Shown in pieces: positions 24,533 through 39,130 of a stretch of DNA of 64,000 bases. Each line of letters begins with the position of its first letter. Positions within the stretch are counted from its first letter, which is position 1. Position numbers and translations under genes: made by a program. Below the pieces are notes generated by a model. The model searched no databases. It had not been told where the DNA came from and saw nothing but the letters and a program-made list of their open reading frames with translations. The stretch is from Octopus vulgaris (Eukaryota), in NCBI GenBank assembly GCA_951406725.2, contig OX597833.1:32860001-32924000 (forward strand). Direction: 5' to 3'.

Positions 24533-25699
24533 ATTTAAATATATGCACATATATATATACATATATACATACGACGAAATTTTTTATAGTTACTATTTCG
24601 TGCTTACCAATTTTCACTTACAAGGTATGGATTAACTATTATAGGTGACGCTATCATAGGTAGGGCGCACTGACATTCAACTTAGATCTTGCAGTGATAA
24701 TCCATCAATCCGATTAGAGATATACATGAAGGTCCATTCTTTGGAGTGATCCCGCTAAAAGGAGCCTTCATGGATGTATTTTGAGAACGGATCAGACCAT
24801 CAGTAAGCTTGTCGAACCAAAATTGATTTGATTCCGAGAGACACGTTCCCTTTTTTACCGAATCATCGAATGATCTGGTATGCATTTTCTTTTAGACATT
24901 TTCTATATACCTGCATATTGACTTTATCGCTAAGGTGGTGTTTTAATTGTGGTCCCAGCATATGATATCCATAGGATGTAGGAACGACATCCAATTTTCT
25001 TCTTTATCTCAACTTACTATCAATATTTTTATTAGTAAATTATATTTCATAGCAGAGTGCAGGTTAATAGCACTAAATTACATGCTCATCTTGATGTATC
25101 ACAGTCGCATAAAGCACTTTTCTGTCTGATTTTGTTTTGTAATACCATTTGTCCACTTGTAAACATATATCAGTTTATTTATGTAGATGTAAGTGGATGC
25201 TGTTAATTGTTGGTCTTGTGTTAGCAAGATTTTTATGCAGTGCCGTAGAAAATGCGTTTGTGACAGTCGTAGGTATTGAGAGAAGAGGATATTGAGGATG
25301 GAAACAAAAACCTGACATTACGGTTTATAAACATATAAAGGAATAGAAAAACAATTATCCTTGATCTATAAATAAATCCACAAAAATTTCACAAGAAAAC
25401 AAAAGAAGAGATAAAAGGGTAAACGTGAACAAATGAAAAGGGGAGAAAGTCCGTTATAAAAAGAAGGACAGGGTCTTTGAAGAGTTGACAGAATACCCTG
25501 AAATAAGCCCTATGCCATCAATACCAACTCAATAACCAAGACAAAAACAGCCAAAACCACAAACAACAGCCACAACAAAAGAACGCACAGACCACAACTT
25601 GCACTTCAGCCATACATTGTATAGAGGATGGATAACAAAATTGGCTTCTGTGAGGATCTGATTAATTTACACCGATCAAATTTTTGTTTATAGTCCATT

Positions 25700-26050
25700 G
25701 ACCATCACTACCTAGGGCTTGTCTGCATCTGCTAAGTAGTGAGTGTAACTTATCGGAAAGGTTTCTAATCATGTAGCCAATGCATAAAAGCTGTTCTCTC
25801 TCAACTCTTCTGCTTGACTCTTGAGTCACTACAACAGAAACTGGATGAGTTGAAGGTCATCCCATTCGAATCAAGGCACGGGAGAGTCACAATATATATA
25901 CAGATGGCGTCACCATAATGATGTCGGACACTACCGAAGTCGAGATTATGGAAGGTACGCATTCTACAGGTCAATCGGTCCTTCTGCTATCAACACCATG
26001 TACACAAACAGGTCATTGTGCCGTGGCTGTTCACGTACAAACATGCTATC
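25700..26050 (+). pseudogene. Possible highly decayed ORF1-like remnant
   Basis: Frameshifted RSFCYQ..CTQTGHCAVA resembles the CCHC knuckle; LDELKVIPFES upstream resembles DIDRIPFQI. Confidence 0.3.
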
Positions 26051-26526
26051 AAGAGTTTATCCGGTTCAGGATAAACTCCTGACACTACAGACGTGCCATC
26101 AACAAGTCTTATCTGAGATACGTGCAGAGTGTCGACGCTGTGCTACACGCGTTTGTTGAATGTCTAGTCCGAGGATTACTAATTTGTGGAGTTTTATCGT
26201 GGAGTTCCAATCTTAAAATTGAAAACAATTAAATTTGTGGATTTCAAAAACAAAAATGTAACAGTCAAGTTAAATCTGAATTCTAGATAGGACAGAAATC
26301 AAATCAGCATTCGGCCAGATGTCCGCTATCCAATTTGGCAGGTCAACTACACGCTTGGTTCGTACAATGAGGCTTCTGCAGAGGTTCCATCACCCAAGTA
26401 TGTTCAATTCAATGGGTATGGTATAAAATACTTGCACACGGTACGGCGCAGTGATATCGAACTGGAAGACACGTTATTGAGAAGCAAACGTAATTTAACG
26501 CAGGATCCACAACTGCATCCATTATA

Positions 26527-27787
26527 TTGGGTTGGTAACTAAGTTCCCGCCCTTTTTGTAAATTTTGGAATTCATTGCGTTTTTAAATTTTAGATTCTAT
26601 TTTTTTCGAGAATTCTAATTTTGAATCATTTTGGAATCTATTTTTTTTTTCTAGTTAATTTTTGTTAATTTTGTTTATTTTCAGATAATTAAGATGGAAT
26701 GTCAAGTTAAGAAAAAACGAGCATTTTCGGCACCTCCTTCTTTTTGCCTTTAATCAAGGTTCTAAGGGTGCAAAAGCTGCTCGCGACATTTGTGCTGTGT
26801 ATGGAGAGGGTGTCATAGCTGAAATAACCACTCGTGATTGGTATGCCAAGTTCAAAAATGGAAATTTTGACCTCAAAGACGCACCTCGTTCTGGCCGTCC
26901 AGTTCAGTTCAATGAAGAGCAATTAAACTAACTTTTGCCCGAAAATTCTCGTCAAACGACAAGAGAACTGGCAGAGAAAATGGAATGCTCCCACACTACT
27001 ATAGTGAAGCATCTTCACTCGATGCGAAAGGTTCAGAATTATGGAGCATGAGTTCCGTATGCTTTAAGTGACAACAACAAAAATCAACGAGCCACAATCT
27101 CCGCTGGTTTACTTGCTCGTCACTGCTCAACCCATGGACACAAGCAACGATTTCTTTACCGAATAGTTACTGGCGACGAAAAATGGTGCCTGTACATCAA
27201 TATGAAGCAGCGTAAGTAAAAAGCGACACCACGCATGAAAGAAGATCTTCATCCACGTAAAACGATGTTGTGCTTATAGTGGGACTGTGAAGGGATTATC
27301 AATTACGAATTGCTTGATCGGAACCAAACGGTCAACACGGAACTCTATGTTCAACAGATGGAACGACTCAACACGGCTATTCAAGAGAAAATACCTAATC
27401 GGCAGCATGGAGTTCTTCTGCTGCACGCCCTCATATCGCCAATATGAGCATGGAAACCACTAAAATGCATGGCTGGGAAGTGCTGCCACACCCACCGTAC
27501 TCTCCTGATTTGGCACCAACGGATTTCCACCTCTTTCGATCTCTTTCAAATGCTATGCGTGGAGTTTCGTTCAATATTGATGCAGAATTGAGAGCTTGGT
27601 TGGATCAATTTTTCGAGTCGAAATCGGATGATTTCTATCAACGAGGTATTGAACATCTTGTTAAACGTTGGGAAGATGTTGTAAATAATAAGGGTGAATA
27701 TATGATTGATTAATTAATTTTTATTTTTTAATAAAGCGTTTTAAAAATTTAATTAAAAAAACGGCGGGAACTTAGTTGTCAACCCCG
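26527..27787 (+). mobile_element. mariner (DD34D-type) transposon with pseudogenised transposase (26694-27713)
   Basis: TIRs gggttggtaactaagttcccgcc / ggcgggaacttagttgtcaaccc with TA flanks; RSGRP, IVTGDEKW, YSPDLAPTD motifs; several stops. Confidence 0.92.
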
Positions 27788-27898
27788 TATTATATGCGCA
27801 GCTTTAATTTCTGGTTAAGTTCATGTACAAGGGGCTGCTTTGTGATCAAATAAAAAAACAAGGTGTGTGTGTGTATATATATACATTCATGTGCACAC

Positions 27899-27948
<50 letters not shown>

Positions 27949-28087
27949 TGAAAATGCAAACTTATCTCATTTTATATGTTTGCAATTCGTATTGTAATTC
28001 GTAAATTGAAACAATGGTAGGCAATGTTAATAAATAAATAAATAAATTTTATATTCATTAAATCTTTCCATTTTCTTATTTAATTGT

Positions 28088-30330
28088 ATATACATAAAAC
28101 AGAAGAGGGGGTGTATTTCCACGCAGGAAAAAATATAGGCAAATTTATTCTAGAAAATGCAGCTAAATCGAAAAAATTGTAATTGCTTAAAATATATTTA
28201 TTTACATATATACCAAACTAGTTTCAACAATAGTTTTTGTTTATCAATTTTAAAAATTTGGAATTATGAATTAGAAAAACTCCTTTAAAAGTTTCAATGT
28301 TGACAAATTAGAATGTTCATAACAGATAAATTTAGAATTATGAATTAGAAAAACATGTTCAAAAATTTCGATGCTGATAAGTTTAAATGTTCATAACAGT
28401 GAATAATATTAAAACTGTTCATCATTTTGTTTGAATGTAAAAGCTCACTAGCGTTAGTAGTGATCAACAAGAAATGAATATCACCAAAGTTTCAGTCATA
28501 CTGAGTTAAGAGGGGGAAAAAGAGGGAGAAATGGAGATAGTAAAAAAAGGGATTTGGTTTACATTTTCTCTGATCCTCTTTCCGTCGTGCGTAGGAACTT
28601 TCGCTTGTAACGGCGTGTTTTGGAATTCGGTGTATTTATAAATTTTTTTCAGCGAGCGGATTTGAGTTTTGATTCGTTAAAGTACTGGTGACGTCTTGTT
28701 TTTCCGATGGTCAAGTTTGTGGCTCTACCTGGTTGGCTTCCCTATGGGGAACGGTCATCGATCGTTCCGGTTGGTTGATTATCATAAAGGGTCATTTTGT
28801 TGTATTTGCTGAAGTTCGATTTTGATTGGCCTAGAGTTAGGTGACGTCAGCAACTGGTGTTTGAAAAATTTCATTGGTCGAGAGATAGGTGACATCGGCA
28901 ACTGGTGTTTGTATGGTGTTATTGCATGATGATTTGGAGTTGCTGTTTCGAAACCCGGGTGGAAGAAGTTGCTAAATTTTTAAAAATTACTTGTTGTCCC
29001 TGGCTGCTTTTCGTTTTTCTCTTTAGTGTTCTTTCTTCTTTCTAAAGGATATTCAGCTGCGGTTCATATTTTTTAATGAGTTTTCTTACTTAAACGGAAT
29101 TGGGCTGAAGTGTTTCCGGTGCATTGATAGAGAGAGATGATTTGGTATTTCGGGTTTATGTTTACGGGGCATGGGTCTAAGTGTTTGCTTACTGGAATTT
29201 TCCTAGTTGTGGGGTCCCGGATTTGTTGCCTGTGCACTGTTAGTCTGTCCCTCAAATTTAAACTAGTTTGACCTATGTAGTCTCCGTCTTAACTCAGTAT
29301 GACTGAAACGCTGATGATATTCATTTCTTGTCAATCACTACTAACACTAATAAGCTTCGTACTTTCAAACAAATTGATGCACAGTTTTAATATTATTCAC
29401 TGTTATGAACATTTAACTTGTCAACATCAAAATCTTTGAACATGTTTTTCTAATTCATAATTCTAAATGTTTACCATTGATGAACAAAAATATTGTTGAA
29501 ACTAGTTTGCTATATATGTAAATAAATTTATTTTAAACAATTACAATTTTTCAAATTTAGGTGCATTTTCAACAACAATTTTGCCTATATTTTTCCTGCT
29601 TGGAAATAGACCCCCTTTTTTGTTATATATCTACCATGCAAGGAACGAAAATGACATCCAAACACAGGATAACACGACACCCGATAAAATCCTATGTGAA
29701 CTACAAGTCATCAATTCAAAGCTCACTCTCCTATCGGACAAACTCGATAAATCCATTGCAACTGCAAAGAAATGTGCCCAGAAAAAGGAAGATCTCTGCA
29801 GACAGAAATTAGTGAAACCGTCGAAAAAATCTATAAATCATTCGAAACCTCAATGCATAAATCTGAAAATAACCCTAATCCTGGAACGGAAAAAATAACT
29901 TCATCTGTCAACCACCTTCCGATGTCAAGAAAGCTATACTGCAAGTATGAGACAAAATATTATAAATTCGCTTGCTGGAACATGATGAAGAACTCCAGTA
30001 TACGAGAGATGGCTCAATTCAACTTCCTATATTCTCCCCAGAAAGCTACAAATTAAAGCCATCCCCAACGAACCAGCAAAACAGAGAGAACATAAGGGGA
30101 CAAATGGTTCCACACAACCGGAAAAAAGTCACTACCGGAACAATACCAGAATGACCATCCAGGACCAAGAATAACCAATACCCTCTGCAGGGTTCCTAAC
30201 ACTTATCAAAGATACAAAATGGGAAATTCCATTGCACTCTTCACCACAAGACAAAACACCCCTACTCAAAGTTACAGAAACCCATCTCTCCAAGAACCCT
30301 CCACAACTCATACTCATACTCATACTCATA
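28088..30330. mobile_element. Penelope-like remnant: long inverted repeats around a GIY-YIG fragment
   Basis: Arms 28088-28512 / 29287-29632; minus strand YIGQTSLNLRDRLTVHRQQIR at ~29220-29280. Confidence 0.7.
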
Positions 30331-31099
30331 CGGTCTCTCGTATGAGTATGTTGTAGATATATATACATATATCTACAACATACACATACGTGCATTCATG
30401 TACACACTCATACGCACAACACATACTCACAGAACACACAACTCATATACACACGCGCACACATACACATACATATACGTACATACGTATTAATCTATGC
30501 ACACTCATACGATTATATATAACTACATATATGTGCTTCAGTATCACGCATCTCAACATGTATGTGTGGATTTCTTCATGTAGATGAGAGAAAGGGGTGA
30601 TTATAGATTCCACTCGGGTACTCCCGAGTGAAATCAGGGTGTCACCCCATTCGGATTTACGGTTGAGGGTGGGTTTGTATTCCTGTATAAAGACAGCTTC
30701 AGGTGTGAAAAAATATTTTCCCGGGCTACACACAAAAGAACTGAGAACTCTTGAATGATTAACAAATCAACTTCTAAGGACACACAGGAAATGAATCATT
30801 TACCATGAATTTTGACCGTGAAACCGTAAATATTGAAATACTCGAATTCTGAGCTGGATATGCAGGTTCAAAACAATTTATTCGATTTCTAAAATGTCCG
30901 CACAAACCCAAAATAGTAACGATGTATGTATGTCAAATAAATTACTACTTCATCAGTATTATGTTACACCATCAGTTAATGTGCTGTTATTCTTAGTACA
31001 CAAAGTCACACACAAGATGCACATAATATATATATATAGTAGTAGTAGTAACAGAAAAGAAGGAATTTCGATACTCCCTACGTGGTGAGTTGTAATATA

Positions 31100-33190
31100 T
31101 ATAAGAAATTAATAAAGGAAAATACACACACTTTTCATAGTTATAATATAATTTTTAATATATCGACCGGTTTCGGTTTCGCTATTCATGATATTATGGT
31201 TTACTTATTTGAGTATGCATTTTCTTAAGAAGAAATTTTTGTCCATGTTGTGTGTGATGATATTTACGAGTGAATGACTTCACAAGTTGAAAAGTAAGGG
31301 GAGGTAATTGGTTATCGTTATTGTTGTGGGCAAAGGAAATAACTGTTCAGCTTTCCGTAAGGGGGTGGATATATATATATACGGACACACACAAAAAAAG
31401 GGTTTCGAAAAACTTGTTTAGTGAGGGGATTTATGTATAGTGATGTTATCGTGAATTGAAATATGCAAAAATATCCAAACTCGTAAATATCCAAACCTAC
31501 ATTCCAAACGTACATTCTCACTGTCCATTCTCATGAATGTGACCCCATTCATGCTACCCCTCTTATGGGACCTACACTCACGCTCATATATTAATATTTT
31601 TCTATTTATATTCATTTAGAATTATGAGTTTATACTTAAAATGGAATTTAATTCTATAGGATAAACTTATAGTGTTTGTTCGTACATTTCCAAATAGTTA
31701 TACATATCGTTATATGTCTATTCGCATATAATAATACTACTGTAGGTATACTTTTAATATTTATTCTATAATTACACTTCGTAGGTGCATATACATTTAT
31801 ACCTAATTATAAATACATGTATCCTTCACTTTGTATCATTCACTTTTAATCAAAATACGTTATACTCATACAAACTATTATGAAATTACATTACATATTT
31901 ACATAAACAGCGATATAATGATAATAATAATACAAAAAGGAACATTTATGAGTAAATAGATGATTGCTATAATCTGAAATAACAAAGGTTTCTTCCAAAT
32001 CCCAAAAACGAGCCTGTAAGCCTATGGTTACATTTCTCAACAATTTCAAAATCTTTGTTAATGTTATCATTGCATTATATGACGCATAGTGTCTCTTCAA
32101 AGCACAGGATACATGATGCTGAGTATGCATTATACGGTTATGCATTCCATATCACTGAGCAATACAGGCTGTATTGCAATTTTTTCTGTTTGAGGCTCCA
32201 GATCAAGTCAAGGAGGGATGTACATTGTTTTTTGCAAATGTTCCTAAATGATGCAGAATGGTTTCTCCAGCGGTTCTCGAAATTGTCGATTCTGGCACTT
32301 ATATATGTGTATATACAGGCACACTCGTTCTGACTGTACATGTGTACACACGGTTTCTATGCAAACGCTCATTTACCAGAGGACATGCTTCCTATTTCTA
32401 CGATGACAGTTATTTACTGCGCTATTTCCAGCTTGGTTTTTACGTGTCGTGTTTCTTTATATGTTTCTTCTAAGTGGTAATGTTTCTGTTATCATTATTG
32501 TTATTCGTTATCTCCAATGCCATTATTATTAGTGTCTATACCATTCCCGTCGTTGTTTACATTATCTATATTAACGTTGATAATAATACTTATGTTAGAA
32601 TCATTTGGACTAACTTAATTATGCCTTCTAATAATATAGTTATCTCCAATTGCGGGACCCGCGTTTTCATCGACCATATTTTTTGCTTTTGTGATTGCTT
32701 GATTCAGCTTATTATTAAGTTTATGAATATGGTATTTCAGGTTACTTGATATTGCATAGAACAGTTTCACCATATGCCTGTTAAACATTTTGTACTATTT
32801 ACTAGTTATAAGAAAGTGTCTAACGCTGAGAAAAGTTCCCTAGCAAATTTGGATAATACATGTAACCCGAATACTGGTATATTCCACAAAATATCTTTTA
32901 GACCTCCCATTCGGCTTAGTGTAATTCTTATAATATATAGTAGAGCCATGATTAAAATTCAAGTTAGATCTTTTTGTTCCTATTTCTCATATTTGTTTCC
33001 ATCATTATTTTTATTTTCAGTAATTTTTATTCCACCTCTTAAATACGATTTCGAAAGGAAGCCTTACTGTGAACTCAACATTATCACCTTAATTTTCATT
33101 ATGTTAACTATCAGTCCCACTTCCATATATTTTGGTGTTTTATTTTTACTTTTATATTGATTAACTATACTATGCTTTAGGTATATATTT
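31100..33190 (-). mobile_element. Decayed Penelope-like element
   Basis: Degenerate GIY-YIG-like C-terminus at ~31950-32200; GAAACCGGTC hammerhead 3' half on minus at ~31165. Confidence 0.4.
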
Positions 33191-33207
33191 AATTACTTTT
33201 TCATTGT

Positions 33208-34108
33208 ATGAGAGTGGGAGAAGTTCACGGGCTATGAAGGAGTGACGCTACAGCTGTGAACTGTAGCACGCATTAATTTCACCTATTCTTGTTACTAAGT
33301 GTATTGTTTCTTTCCAGGTAAACTGATAGCTGACTATTCAAAGAACTCTTCAAATGTTACGAGGAGCGACTTCTCTTGAAAATTTGGCATCATCGTGTTA
33401 TCAAGCCCCTGCAGAAAAACCGTTTGGCACCCAAGGATAGTCATGCTGACATGATTCCTACATTAGGGGATGACGCTCCAGCTTTATCATCAGTACAAAC
33501 GTTGGCAGCAAAATTTAAGAGGAGAACGGAGAGATTTGAAGATGACTTGAGTTTTGGACGTCTTGCACCTGCCACTATATTGATCGTGTTCGCCACACGG
33601 TGACGGCTGACAAGTGACTGACTATAAAAGAAATAGCCAATGCGATTAGCATATCACTTGAGAAAGTTGAGAATATTCTGCACAATGAAATTGGCATGAC
33701 GAAGGTTTCTGAACGGTGGAGGCAACGTCTTCTGATACCTGATCAAAAGTGCACCATGCTGATCACATCATCGGAAAGTGTGACATTCAGGCAGATCTAG
33801 ATGGTTTCCTTGAACATGGTAAGTGTTGGGTTCATCCACTCTGAGCCAGAGAGAACTATTTACTCCATGCGGTGGAAACACCTTTCCTCACCTACTCCAA
33901 AGAATGCCAAAGTCGTTTCATCTGCAGGGAAGGTAATGGACTCAGTATTTTAAGATGAAAATAACATTGTGTTTATTGACTGTCGTCAAAAGGACCACAC
34001 CATCAAAGGAAAATACTATGCCAGCTTGTCGAGGCAGTAAGGAAAGAATATCAAGACCAAACGGCCAGGAAAACTGACGTAACGGGTCTTGTTTGATCAG
34101 AACGATGC
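33208..34108 (+). mobile_element. Decayed mariner, 5' portion
   Basis: DMIPTLGDDAPALSSV..FKR..DD..GR and KVS..W-like segments; overlaps in sequence with 47820-47985. Confidence 0.7.
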
Positions 34109-34746
34109 ATACTAATTAGAGTTACTATGTTTCAGCGATTGCATGGAAGTTCGCCAGCGAGAACGTCTACATCATCGGTCAAGCTGTAAGAAATAGTTGT
34201 CAAATCCTTTTCAAATTTCACCCTACGGTCTTAAAAAATAAAGTACATATTGGACAATGTAGTCCTGCATATTCCATTACTGAAAAATGGAATTGAGCTA
34301 AATAAACGAAGCGATAAATTCTTTCTCTGAATTTAGTTTACGATGCGAGTGAATATTGGTCAAGAATAATTGCTGATTTGGAGGCAAGATACGGAGAATT
34401 TGCCTTTATTAAATGTTGTCAAAGTATATGGCACTGATTACTCAGTTGTAAATCTGACGAGAATCTGATATATGAGATATGTTTATCGGTTAATTGCCAC
34501 ATTAAGTCGGCACTAAACCACCACTTTATCGTGCGGCTACTGTATAAGTATCTCTGAGAGATTTAGAAATGCAATATTTCTAATTTTGTAGATCAGTGAA
34601 TTTATTTCATCTGAAATTCTATACGTTTTGATATCTATACGTATTGATATCTACCAAGCCACGCTCTTTTGTTGTTTTTTGAAGAAGTCTAAGCGAATTT
34701 TTGTGCGAAGCCACCATAGTTAGGTAGTGGTGAAACAATTGAAAAA

Positions 34747-35760
34747 ATGAAAAGTTACGCAGAGGCTACTGGAGGTCGAGTTCCCCTGGACCCACGTGTG
34801 CTGAAGTCAGAGATGATGGAGTAGAATGAGAAGAAATTATGGCATGATAAAAAAAGAAGGGTCAAATAATGGTCCTGCCAGAAGAGGAAAAAAAGAAAAA
34901 TGGAAAAGAAGACGGTCATATTCAGAACATTTTCGAATGTGAATAGAAGAATAGAACACGCACCGCAGGAAGAGATAGAGGAAATCTTGTAGGAACAAAT
35001 AGAAGGGATAACTTTCTTTACAAGAGGAAGGAAATATGCGACTATAATAGTAATCTTTGTATCAGAAGAGGAGACGAAAAAAACTAACAGGCTGATACAA
35101 GGAGAGAAATGGACGTTAATGTCAAACTGCTTGGGCAAAAGAATCGTTAGGATTAGGGTGGGAAGAATCTCACCGTCGATAGACCCAGTATGGGTAATAG
35201 TCGCAATTTTTAATTCCGAGCTGGAGAAAGGAAGTGAAGACCTGAAGATTGGCATAATAAGCCGAACACTACACATGAAATGTTGGGGCTACGGTATAGA
35301 GATAATCTGTGCAATGAGCCCGAAATATTACGACGAAATGGCGGAAACTGTGGAACTACCAAATGGAGAAAAGCAGGAAATAATGTTGAAGGGGAGACCC
35401 CCCTCCCCCCCACAAAGTGCTACGGATGTTGTGGAATAGGGCACTTGAGAAGGAAATGCCCTAGTGCGGCAGTGGAGATGGTAGAGGAGAGTGTTCAGGA
35501 AAATATAATGGAAAAAAACAGAACATGACGGGAATTTTATGGAAGTGAAACCCAGGGAAAGAGAGAGAAGGAAGTCACCGGCGACAGTGGAATTGAAGAA
35601 ATGTAAAGCAATGGAAGAGGAAACCCAACCCACGACGAGAAACGGAGAAAATTTTGCAACTGATTTATTTATTACCCACAAGGGGCTAAACATAGATGGG
35701 ATAATACACACATGCGGGGACACTCAACATATGAAAGAATGGAATAGTGACATTATACAA
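34747..35760 (+). pseudogene. Decayed ORF1-like gene (same family)
   Basis: MKSYAEATG, FFTRGRKYAT, RIRVGRISP..WVIVAI, knuckle TKCYGCCGIGHLRRKCP; multiple stops and frameshifts. Confidence 0.75.
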
Positions 35761-35764
35761 TAAA

Positions 35765-37500
35765 GATGAAACGGCGACCCTGGCCCCGCTGCAGGGTGGT
35801 TGCGTTATTTCAGTTATTTCAACACTTCTTTTCAAAATTACTTCAACATTTTTCAAAAGTTCTTTTCACAATTATCTCCACAGTCTTTTCAAAATTATTT
35901 CAACATCAAAAGTTCTTTTCAAAATTATCTTAACAGTTCTTTATAACATAAAACTCTACTTACCATTTTATATTGTTCTTAATTTCCTCATAGGTCACCA
36001 CTGGAGCGTTGAGTTGGAAATTCACCTCGGACCCCAGTGGGTTTATATCTGATGGGAAAGCCTCTTTTAACTTCCTATACTTATCTTTTTCCATTAAAAT
36101 CCATCTCGTCTCCTTATCGTAAACCTCCGAGAGGTCCACTTTAACAATGTCTTTCATTTTAGTTATTTTCCTTTCTATTTTTTGTGTCGACCGATATGTT
36201 ATCAAATATATTCTGTTCCGGTGTATCTCTTCCATCTGTATGTCTGTTCCTTTTTGGTTTTGTGACTCTGTACTATCATGTGTCTGTTCTTGTATATTTA
36301 TTTGTAGCTGTATGTCTGTCCTTTTATTTGTCTGCGGGTTTGCATGTTTGTGCGACTGTAAGTCTGCATATTGTGTCTGTGTATCTGTGCTTTTTGGTTT
36401 CTGGAAAAAAAGGAAAAACAAGTAACGCTTCCGTATGTATGTATGTCTGTGAGTTTATGCGTCTGTGAATCTGTCTGTTTGTACCATTGTGAGTCTGTAT
36501 GCTCACTTGGTGATGTTCTGCTTTTATCTTCTTTTCTCGGTGATCCTTCTTGATCCTGTGATTTATATGTCTTTCTTTGTTCAAATTTCGGCAATGAGCT
36601 CCTCCATTCTCTCTTCCTTGACTTAGCTTCCTCAAAATCGGCGCTCTGTGCCTGTTTCTTCTCCTCTATCACGCCTGCTTGCGTTTCCATTTCTATGTTT
36701 TTCATAATTTCTGAGCACCTTCTTCTAATGTGACTTCTTTTGCCACATTCATAGCACTTTGGAGGTTCCTTTCCAACATTATATCCAGCTTGTTCTAATT
36801 TGTCAGTTCCAGTGTCTCCGGTATGGTATCGCATTCTGTCTGCTTTGACGAGAAACCCACCTCCAAACCAAACTCCCATCAATTTATTTGTTGGGTTCTA
36901 GTTATCATAACTACCTCTACTTCTTTTTTTCCTGAAAAATTGCTGCCATTACCCATTCCGGTTCCATTTTCGGCGGGATCCTACCCACCCTAATCCTCGT
37001 TGAACGTCTACCTATCTGATTGGGAAAGAGCATCCAATTTCCTCCAGTTAACGTCTTATTTGCGTATTTCCTTGCTGGCTCTTCCGATTCAAATGTGACC
37101 TCTACAGACGCGTATGTCTTGCCTCTTGTGAAAAACGACACATCTTTCAATTCCTTCAAAGACTCCTCCACATCTTCCTTCGTTGTGCTCTCTATTCTTT
37201 TATTTTTCCTTGAAAACAATTTATATTCCACCACCGTAATTTCCATTTTGGCCTTTTCCTCCTCTGATGGCGTCAACTTTACGTTTGGCCCCTCTTTCTG
37301 TACCATCTCTAGATATTTTCCAAATTTTTTAGCCATGTCTTCATTCCAGTGTATTTCGTATTGCTTCAGCAGGACTGGGACCACGGAAGCCCGACTCCCC
37401 GTCGCTGTCGCATATGTCTTCCCTTTCTCCATCTCAGTAATGCTCACCAAACAATGGTGGGGTTATACTCAAAAACTGCTGCAAAGCACACAAAACGATT
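35765..37500 (-). mobile_element. ORF1-only retroelement (divergent lineage), disrupted
   Basis: 37450-36917 TYATATG, TRGKTYASVEVTF, RIRVGRIPP; CYECGKRSHIRRRC; C-terminal domain to 35960; then the family 3'UTR hairpin (35770-35806); no ORF2. Confidence 0.8.
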
Positions 37501-37569
37501 AAAAAAAAAAAAAATAGAAGCGAAGCAAAAACACGCCCGACAAGTAAGTTTTGCAGCTGTTGAATGAAT

Positions 37570-37906
37570 AGGTTTTCAAAAGTGAAAAACATTTGGTTGA
37601 ACGTTTGGGTTTAAAAAAAGGAAAAGAAAATAAGTAAATCCTGTATGAACATTTGTTAAAAAAGTTTATATTTGTAAGTTAAAAGCGAAAAGGGAAGTCG
37701 CCTCAGAGCGAGGATAGAAATTGTTATGTAACATGTAAAGGTTTAAAGGAAAAGAAATCCGCGGATTCATCTTGCAGTGGGAGCGAGATGGCCGTCTCAT
37801 TTGCATTGTAATTTTATTCATTTCACATTCATCCTTTCATGTGTTTTTTCCCCCGCATGTCTTTGTATGTCCTCTTTGTAATTAGGCCTTTTGCCTATAA
37901 TAAAAA
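37570..37906 (+). mobile_element. Isolated 3'UTR of a related retroelement
   Basis: Hairpin catcttgc-agtggga-gcgagatg, then tgtcctct..aggccttttgcct..AATAAA as in the ORF1-only units. Confidence 0.6.
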
Positions 37907-37912
37907 ATCAAG

Positions 37913-37988
37913 CTAGCAAGCCAAGCTACTCCAGACTGATGAAGAGCAATGACTCTGAAACTTGTCTCTGAGTGCTGGCTTTGCTGGG
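37913..37988 (+). ncRNA. Type I hammerhead ribozyme motif (intact core)
   Basis: actc(c)aga-CTGATGA-agag caatga ctct-GAAAC tt GTC-tctgagt; stem I extends via tagcaagcc / ggctttgctg. Confidence 0.7.
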
Positions 37989-38941
37989 TGGAGGTGCTTA
38001 CTCCCCTGTTGGAAAATGTAAGGACACAGTATGTTTGTGTCACATAGCTAACTGGAAATGATGTTTCCTGGGGCTAAATAGCTGTAGCATTCTTCCCTTT
38101 CCTGGGATTTCCACATTAATTTGGCAACAAACCATCACTTGATATATATACATATACACGTAAATGTGTGAAATGAGTGCTCAACAACCCATTGGTGGAT
38201 ATATAATTTCTGTATTTGTGAATTAAGGCGACCATTAGTTTCATGTTAGGAAGAGTAGAAAAATATCCGATCATATAGAGAAAGGCGTTTACCTACATTT
38301 TGGAAAATAGCCTCTTTTCGTTCACGGGTTTCTCATAAATTCGCTTAAATGAAACAGTGAATCAAGGGAGGATACTCTAGAAAGCATTTTTTGAAGTTTG
38401 TCTCCCTTCATTTGTCGTTTCGGTAAACTTCATAATTTTTTTGCATTATATGTTAGCTTTTTTCTCGATCAGTGTTTTTGTATTTGCATGTTGAGGTTGC
38501 ACGTCATTGGAAATTATTTCTCTTTCTTTGCGTGGAGTTTGTGATTTATTTCTTTTATTATAGTCCCTGCCTTTATTATTATAGTCTCTATCTGTCACTC
38601 TGTCCCTCGGTGTCTAGCTCCCTCACTCTTTTTCTCTTTGTACATTCTTATAAACACACACACGCACACAAATATGTATGTATGTATGTATGAGTGTTTA
38701 TATGTATGTTTATACATACATATATAAATAAAGACATACACTCACATGTGTGTGTGTATGTGTGTGTGTGAGTGTGTATACACAACCGATCGTCTTGGGT
38801 ATACAAACCGATTAATATATATATACGTTAATCCGTCAAGCATGAATAAATATTTATTTTATCTAAAATTGGACTCTTGATGTACTTCAATATTTATGCC
38901 TATGGTATAAATAAATGCATCATTATTTGTATAAAAATAAA

Positions 38942-39130
38942 GGCGATGAGCTGTCAGAATCGTTAACACGCTGGATGAAATGCTTAGCAGTATTTCGCCC
39001 GTCGCTACGTTCTGAGCTCAAATTCCGCCGAGGTTGATTTTGCTTTCATCCTTTCAGGGTCGAACATTGGAGCGATGTAATCGATTCCTCCCCACCACAT
39101 ACAAGGTGCCCTTGTGGTAAAAATTTGAAA
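38942..39130 (+). mobile_element. tRNA-derived SINE, family C (partial)
   Basis: ggcgatgagctgtcagaatcg..gagctcaaattcc B-box-like; head also seen at 63825-63872. Confidence 0.6.
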
